Source: Caecitellus pseudoparvulus (Eukaryota; Protista; Bigyra: Bicosoecida). From it: DNA of 64,000 nt. The notes beneath the pieces are model-generated. The model worked only from the letters and a program-made list of their open reading frames with translations. It was not told the origin of the DNA and searched no databases. Position 1 is the stretch's first letter. The number at the start of each line of letters is the position of its first letter. The stretch spans positions 806,001 through 870,000 of the forward strand of contig CBFFRQ010000013.1 in the NCBI GenBank assembly GCA_965644315.1, read 5' to 3'. The translations under genes were made by a program, and so were the position numbers. Positions 57,797 through 64,000 of the stretch are shown one piece after another.

Positions 57797-59856
57797 CAGG
57801 GATTGTCAGGGTGTCCGGCTCCGCACCCTCCGGGTGTCAGGGAACTGGCCTTCGGCCAGTTCTTGACCCCCCCCCCTCAAGGACCTCAATAAACGACATC
57901 CTGTGGTCCATAGCGTCGCTTTATGGGTACAATGTGTCTTCTTGTGCCATCCTCTGTGAATCTGTGTGCCTCCGAATGCGCTTCAAGTGAGACATCAAAA
58001 CCTTGGTAGAGCAAGTCAGCAACTTTGTGACCGTCTTTGACTTCTTATACAGATATTGCTGCAGTTTTGCATCTGGGCAGGCAATCTTGTCCTACTCAAC
58101 ACGGTACCCAGCCCAAATAGTGCAAAATGTGTGCGATATTGCTTGTACGGCACTGTTTCGGTTGGCATGGTGATCTGTGGTCTGCGTGGTGTCGCTTGCG
58201 TGGATGCCCAGAGCTCTGCGTAGACAATCCTGTACAAGGAGCGAGAGCAATGCTGGGTGGAAATGGTATGCAGACACCCTTTGTGGTGAATCCTTGCCCA
58301 AATTGCGCAAATTTGATGAACATTCACGCAGGAGAGGCGCCTCCATTGACCCCAGGCATCCGCCCGCCCGATCCATCCTTGAAGCTTGTCTCCGCAAGCA
58401 GTGACTCGGACCCGAAAGAAAGCCGGCCAAGAGAAGTGCCTCAAAATTGCCTCTGCATTGGAAATCTCGCTTCAACACCCGATCAGCTCCCCCACACGTC
58501 AAGAAGCGTTCCCTGCTTCCCTCCATCGGACCTCGCAGCCGACTTCAGACCGCTTGGAGGCGCTCCTCCTGCACGAACTCTCTTCTTGCCACCAACAGCC
58601 TGGCCCGAAGGGGCAGCTGTAGCCCCAGCAAGTGAGCATGCACGCGCAGCAGGAGCAACTCGAGAGGAAACAAGCTGCCCAGCTAGCCCATTCGGGCCCG
58701 TGACGAGTGCCTGGCTCAGCTCCTGGCGCCCAGAGTCGACTGAAGAGTTGCTCACTTTGAAGCGTGGGGCCAGCCAGTCCTTGATGCGCCGAGCAAGAAA
58801 CTGCTGATTGGAAAGCAGCAAGAGTTGGCTGCCAAGAAGTTGTCGGTGTGCTCTGGTCCTCTTGCCACTGGCACACCAGTCGGTCAGCACGGAGATGAAG
58901 CGCGCAGCTCTTGCACTTATGACCAGTGTTGAGAACACTGCCTGCGCTACACGGGAGAAGAGGGGCCAAGCAGCTGTCTCCCTCTCCACCATGCCTCCAG
59001 ATGCTTGCAGAATGCGGCTTTCTTCGCGCCATCGCTGCCGATCTCAAGGCCAGCAAGCTCTTGTTGACTCCCACAGAACGCAACAAAGTCACACCACTCA
59101 TCCTCGAATTGGAAAGCAGTCCCTCCGTTGTTGTCCAACAGGTGTAGCAGCTCTGTTTCACCGTCAATCTGCCCTCTGCAAAGGATCATGACCAAACCAC
59201 AGACTACAGCAGCTTCGGGAAGCTCTCCAGGCTCTGCGTGCGCGCAGTACTTGGTGATTGACTTGTCGCGGTGTGCAAAGCGATGACCAGCGTCTGCCAG
59301 AGGGCGTAGCAGGTCCATGAGGTTCCACCTGGCGGCGATGACTTCGCCCCACCCCTTGAGTCTCATCCAGCCCCAATCCGCAGCCTTGAGGCACAGCGCA
59401 GCGACGGCGGCTTGAGCGCGCTGTAGAGAAGGCATGTCTCTTCTCCCAGGATCCGGGGCACACTGAAGTCTCTCACCAATGTCAGTGAGGCGCACTGCTC
59501 TGCTGCACGCCCTCTGCCATGTTGCAGGGACAGCAGTGAAACGTGACCGAAACCCCAATCACTGTACCTCCGTTGCGAGCGAATCTGGCTATGTTCAGGA
59601 ACCTGCGGGCGTAAATACCAAGCCTCAAGTACTAGAAAGTGCTATGATTTGGTGTATTGGCGGCAAAGTGGCATTTGGCCCTGCTCGAGAACCAGCGCTG
59701 GCAGGCGAATGGAGGTTGATGATCGTCCTCCCAGCGCATTTGACACGGGCGGCGAGGAAGGGGCGCCCATGCGGGGCGATCCCCCCCCCCCCCCCAAGGT
59801 TGGGTGTCTGGCATCTCAACCAAAAGGGCGTAGAAATGGCTCCTTCTACATCCCTG
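57797..59856 (-). mobile_element. Degenerate hAT-superfamily DNA transposon relic
   Basis: Lower-GC gap. Frameshifted hAT dimerisation domain (LEAWW / RETAAWPLFSRVAQAVFSTLVISARAARFIS...KRTR). Candidate inverted termini CAGGGAT 57797-57803 and ATCCCTG 59850-59856; no matching 8-bp TSD, so the ends are uncertain. Confidence 0.6.
58800..59558 (-). pseudogene. hAT transposase pseudogene fragment
   Basis: SRF (TRW/TRF-like) motif near 59545; dimerisation domain split by a frameshift near 58980; stop codons upstream. Confidence 0.6.
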
Positions 59857-59918
59857 AGCTCCTTGTCCATGGACGGGAGGCGAGCGGACAACACCCGCCT
59901 TCCCCCCATACTGCCGCC

Positions 59919-61515
59919 TCACGAAGCGAGCCTGCGAAGAGTCCGGAACCTGTGCCTATTCAGCTCACCACCACTGTTGGCCTGCGAGAGGGCCTGCTTC
60001 AGGATGAGGCTGGGATGCTCCTGCGCCACCTTCAGGATGAGCGAGCCGAAGAAGGAATTCGCCCAAGCGAACCAGGCACGCGTGTACCCCCCTGCGTCGT
60101 CCACAGCCACGCTTTCGTGCATCAGGCCCGTGCAGCGGCCCACCTCCAGCAGTTGCCCCAGCAGGTGCTGGATTTCGCTGGGGTTGTCTGAGCTCCAGGC
60201 CTGGACGATGAGCGACATTGGCCAGACACGCCCCTGCCCCGTGTGGGGACTGCCCACCCCCGAAATGACGGAGCCATTGAAAAACCAGGGGTTTGCCTTG
60301 CTCAACACGCCGGCACGCGTCGCGGCGAGGAGCGGGTCGGACAGGTTCTTGAAGCCCAGGTAGGGCAGGGAGAGCAAGGATGGTACGTTGGCGTCATCCA
60401 TGAAGTACGCTGAGCCGAAGCCGTCCACTTCGTACGCGTACACCTTGCCCGCCACAGGGTGGTCCACCGTGCCCCACTTGGCTATGGCTGCCTCCACACT
60501 GCGGGCCAGTGCACCGGCTTTGGCTGCGAGGGCGGTCTGGCCCACTGCTGACAGGGCCGGCACGACGCTTCGCAGGGCCACGACAGCCATGGCATTCTGG
60601 GGGATGTTGAAGGGCAGTTTGGCGGCATCATCTGAGGGCCGGAAGCCCGTCTTGATGAGGCCGGTGGCGCCAGCGGGCGCGCCTCGGCCCCACTCCAACG
60701 AGTCACTGGGCTGACTCGTCGTGCGTTGGAAGGTGTACACAGGCCCCGCCCCCACATCTTCCTGCTGCGTGCTGGCCTGCTGCTCTGTGAATGTGTCCAG
60801 CACGGTGGCCACGGCGTTGACCCACGTCGCACTCTGGAAGGGGGTCGTGTCCCGCTGCCCCACCTGGTCAAACCACTCGCCAGACAGCTTGAGGAAGGCC
60901 GCCAGGCTGTCCACCTCGTACTTGCGTTCGAAAATTATGGGTGTGTAGCCTGCTAGGCGAGTGCCAGCGAACCCTGGCTTGGAGGTCGAGTCGCTCTGAA
61001 TGTGAGGCGATGGCAGGGAGCCCGGCATCTGAAACGCATTTGCGTAGGGGTCTGCGGTGATGAAGGCAGCCTGGCGCGCAATGACGCCATGTACCAGCCC
61101 AGCCAACGCCGTGTCCTGGGAGACAAAGGGCAGGTACGGCAGGATCTGGTTCGTGGAGTCGCGCAGCCACATGGCATCAATGTCCCCTGTTATGACAAAG
61201 GTGTCGTTGCTGCCGACGCTGTGCACCGTCGTGTCCAAGGTGTTGGGCCAGCAGTTTGCAAAGAGCTGTGCGAGGGCTGGGTCCTTGAACATGGGCACCA
61301 GCTGAGCGATGCGAGCGTCCACTGCCTTGCTGCGGAATCTGCGGCAGGGCACCAGGGTGCGGAATGTGAAACAGCCAACACGCCATTGGCAACAGAGCTG
61401 GCCGAGCTCACCGGCGCTGCGCAGCAGGTGGGCGGGCATCAGGCACTTGACAAGCACAGTGCCCAACTTGGACAGCACAGGCTGCCAAAGCCGCGCTCAG
61501 CACTAAGTTCCGCAT
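59919..61515 (-). CDS. Glycoside hydrolase family 125 (exo-alpha-1,6-mannosidase-like) with signal peptide
   Basis: PNTLDTT, ITGDIDAMWLRDS, ERKYEVDSL, FRPSDDA, MDDANVPSLLSLPY, MHES, WFAWANS. Exon 1 MRNLVLSAALAAC...; intron 61411-61339. Confidence 0.94.
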
Positions 61516-61763
61516 GGTGCTGAGCGTGTGAGTGGGTACAGGCAGGAGGCGGCACACCGTCGCCGGCAGGGTGGCACCTGGGCACAAAAGCTCAGGGTGG
61601 GACAGCCTGACCGATTCTGTGCGTCTGCAGCTAAGTTGAGAGTGAGTGTGGATTTGCCAGGCAGAAAGTGTGGCCTGTCATTGATTGCAGAGGTGTGTGC
61701 CGTGCCGTTTTGACCCCACGCAGTCAAAAGAGCCATACAAACTCAGACCACTTCGTGTCCGCC

Positions 61764-64000
61764 ATGGATCGCTCCCTGCAGGCGGCATCTGTGCTGCGCG
61801 CCGAGGCTGGTCAGTGAGACGGGCACAAAGTGCCCGTCAGCCTCGGTGTTTGAAGACTGCGCATGCACCACACGCGACGAGCTGCGGCGCGCACGCACGT
61901 GGACGTACCACCCAGCCCATTCTACACAGGAACGCCAGGGCCTTCCCGGACCTTGTGTGGCATGGACATCTCACGCCTGCTGCAGAGTGAGGGCGCAAGT
62001 GTGGAAGGTGCGGAAATTGAAGCAGCACAAGCGTGAGCGAGCTCTCTCACGCCCTGCTCGCCTCACCCGTGGCCCACAGACTGGCACAGCGTTGCATCCA
62101 GCTTAGGAGTGCACTTGATATCCTCTCTGGACAAGGCTGTCACCCAAGGCAAGGTGATTCCGGAGGATCTGCAGCAGCGTGAGAGCATGCCTGGCTATTG
62201 CGTCCACCGCGCCAGCCAGCAACAAAACATGCCCTCCCCACGCCCCCCCTCCTCCTTAGAATGGACGGACATGCTGACTGGTCGGGACTCCTTCATGTGC
62301 ATGTTCGGGAGGGCGCTGGAGGAGGAAGGCGTGCGAGTGGGCGGCATGGCCAGCATGCAGCCTTCCCTGGGCGCTGTGCTGCTGCGGTGGACAGCAACCC
62401 AGACTGCCTTGCTGGAGGCAGCCATCGACGCAGCCGCACTGCACCTGACCCCAGAGGACGAAGCCTCCGGCGCGGCAGCGTGCTTTGTGTCCAGTTTGAG
62501 CTGCCAGCCTGTGCTCCTGGCCCCGTCGGCATTCGTCGCTGCCCTGCAACTGCACCTGCCTGTGTTCCCCCGTGGAGTGCAGGTGAGGCTCCTTGCAGCT
62601 CTGCCCCAGTTGCTCTCCAGTGTGGATGTCGCAGATGTCGCGGGGGAGCTGCTGTGCGGACACCTCGCGGCAGCCCCCGAGACTGCACCGGCTGTTCTGG
62701 ATGCGGCTGAGGCGCTGTGTTTGCCGACTGATGCGGTGGCGGCTTTGGTGAAGGAGGCTGTGGGCATGCTGCCCTTTGCAGAGGGAGCGTCCACTCCGGC
62801 CCTGGCTTCGTTTGTCCTGCGCAATGCTGGTGCCTTGCTCGCAGAAGAGGCTGCCGAGCCGCGCAGCAAGCGGTCCCGCAGCGCCTCCTCCCCCTCCAGC
62901 GCTGTGCACGACGCCAGCGCAGCGAGGAGCTCAATGAACACGGAGGAGGTGCTGCATGCTGTCTTCCAGTGTATTGAGCAGTGCTGCAGTGGCGGACTCC
63001 AGGGCGACGTGTCTCCTGGGCTGGCCCTCTTGCTGGCAGCCTGTCGTCGGGCAATGGTGTCCAATTTGCCCCAGCTGCCTGTCTGGGCAGAGCGCTGGGT
63101 GTCTGAGCTAGAGGGCGAGGACGCTGACCTGCACCTTCACGGTCCTCGCTTTCTGGCAGCCAGTTCCCTGAACTGGTGCTGTGCACACGTGCTGACTGCC
63201 GCAGGGTTTGGCCGGGCGAGTGACACAGCCGTGTCCCAGCTGCTCAGCGCCGTGGCGAACTCCAAGCTTACCCAGGATGACCTGGTGCAACTGTTCGAGT
63301 CCCTTTTCACTGTGTTCGACACCACTTGTGACGACGCTGTCGTCTGGACAGCCGAGGCCTTGTCGCGAGCAGCGTTGCGAGCGCCGCAAGGCAAAGGAAA
63401 AGCAGGCGCCAAGGCGGTTGCACGGCAGCAGTGCGTGGTGCTGGCTGCACTCACAGCTTTACTGAAGGCATGCATGGGCCCTGAATCCGGGGTAGAGCAA
63501 CTCAACGAGGCAGTCTTTGCCATACTGCGCCTTGCTGTGAAGGGCAACGGGGCGGCGGCGGCGCTGGCACTGCAACCTGTGCTGCACGTGCTACAACTCA
63601 CGGGGCAACCACTTCAAAGTCTGGGCCGTTTCTGGGAGTACTTTGTCTCTGTCATGGACCACATGAGCGCTGTGGAGCCGGACTTCGTCCATGCGTTGTA
63701 TGCGTGCTTGTTGCTGCTGCGCGTCGGCGCGGACGGCACGCCCCACCACGAGCTGGATGTCATGATCAACAAGCAGCTGCAGAGCAAAGACCCCAAGTAC
63801 CTCGCTTGTGGAGTGATGGGCACGTTGTGCAAGCTGCGCTGGCTTGGCTGGTGGGCTGCCCAGCAAGGCCCCGAGCCTGGGGGTGTCCGCATCGCCTCGC
63901 TGGATGCGGCAGCCGGGGCAGGGGCGCCAGACTGCAGCCCCAAGGGCGTGCAAGACTGCCTGAGCCAGGCCCTGTCACTGTTGGGGCCGAGACACGATGC
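61764..64000 (+). CDS. FANCD2: FANCD2 homolog, 3'-truncated (not in ORF track)
   Basis: Open frame from ~62080 to the window end: QVRLLAALPQLL...PAVLDAAEALCL...PALASFVL...SVMDHMSAV...ELDVMINKQLQSKDPKYLACGVMG is colinear with the FANCD2 N-terminal half. 5' exons are tentative. Confidence 0.78.

Noticed and set aside
57797-59856. Lower-GC gap as an endogenous virophage/Polinton or tyrosine-recombinase retrotransposon
   Set aside because: Too short, only mildly AT-shifted, and without capsid, polB, RT or YR motifs; hAT motifs explain it better.
9341-64000. Apparent cluster of ubiquitin/cullin-related genes (COMMD8, SDE2, Ubc12-like, DCAF15-like, FANCD2)
   Set aside because: Scattered over 55 kb among unrelated genes; no evidence of a functional cluster.

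Overview
Gene-dense, GC-rich eukaryotic nuclear DNA with short GT-AG introns (mostly GTGCG/GTGAG donors and YAG acceptors). By inference it comes from a heterotrophic protist, most plausibly a stramenopile. About 29 protein-coding genes are supported: a partial four-domain voltage-gated cation channel, two CAMK-group kinases, an EH/BAG adaptor, COMMD8, an NDUFAF7-like methyltransferase, two R2R3 Myb factors, FRA10AC1, an EDM2-like NPPF methyltransferase-domain protein, purple acid phosphatase, an SDE2-SPRY fusion, an ankyrin protein, GatA, a ZNF706-like protein, an APH-like kinase, a Ubc12-like protein without the catalytic Cys, a ~3000-aa MyTH4 myosin, glutaredoxin, a DCAF15-like protein, a dephospho-CoA kinase/Nudix fusion, a DUF4807-like protein, GH125 and the 5' part of FANCD2 (absent from the ORF track). 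A ~2-kb lower-GC gap (57.8-59.9 kb) holds a decayed hAT transposase. The most striking feature is the myosin tail, built from 13 copies of a ~104-aa repeat I do not recognise. No rRNA, tRNA or CRISPR array was seen. All family assignments are from motif recognition by eye, not from database searches.
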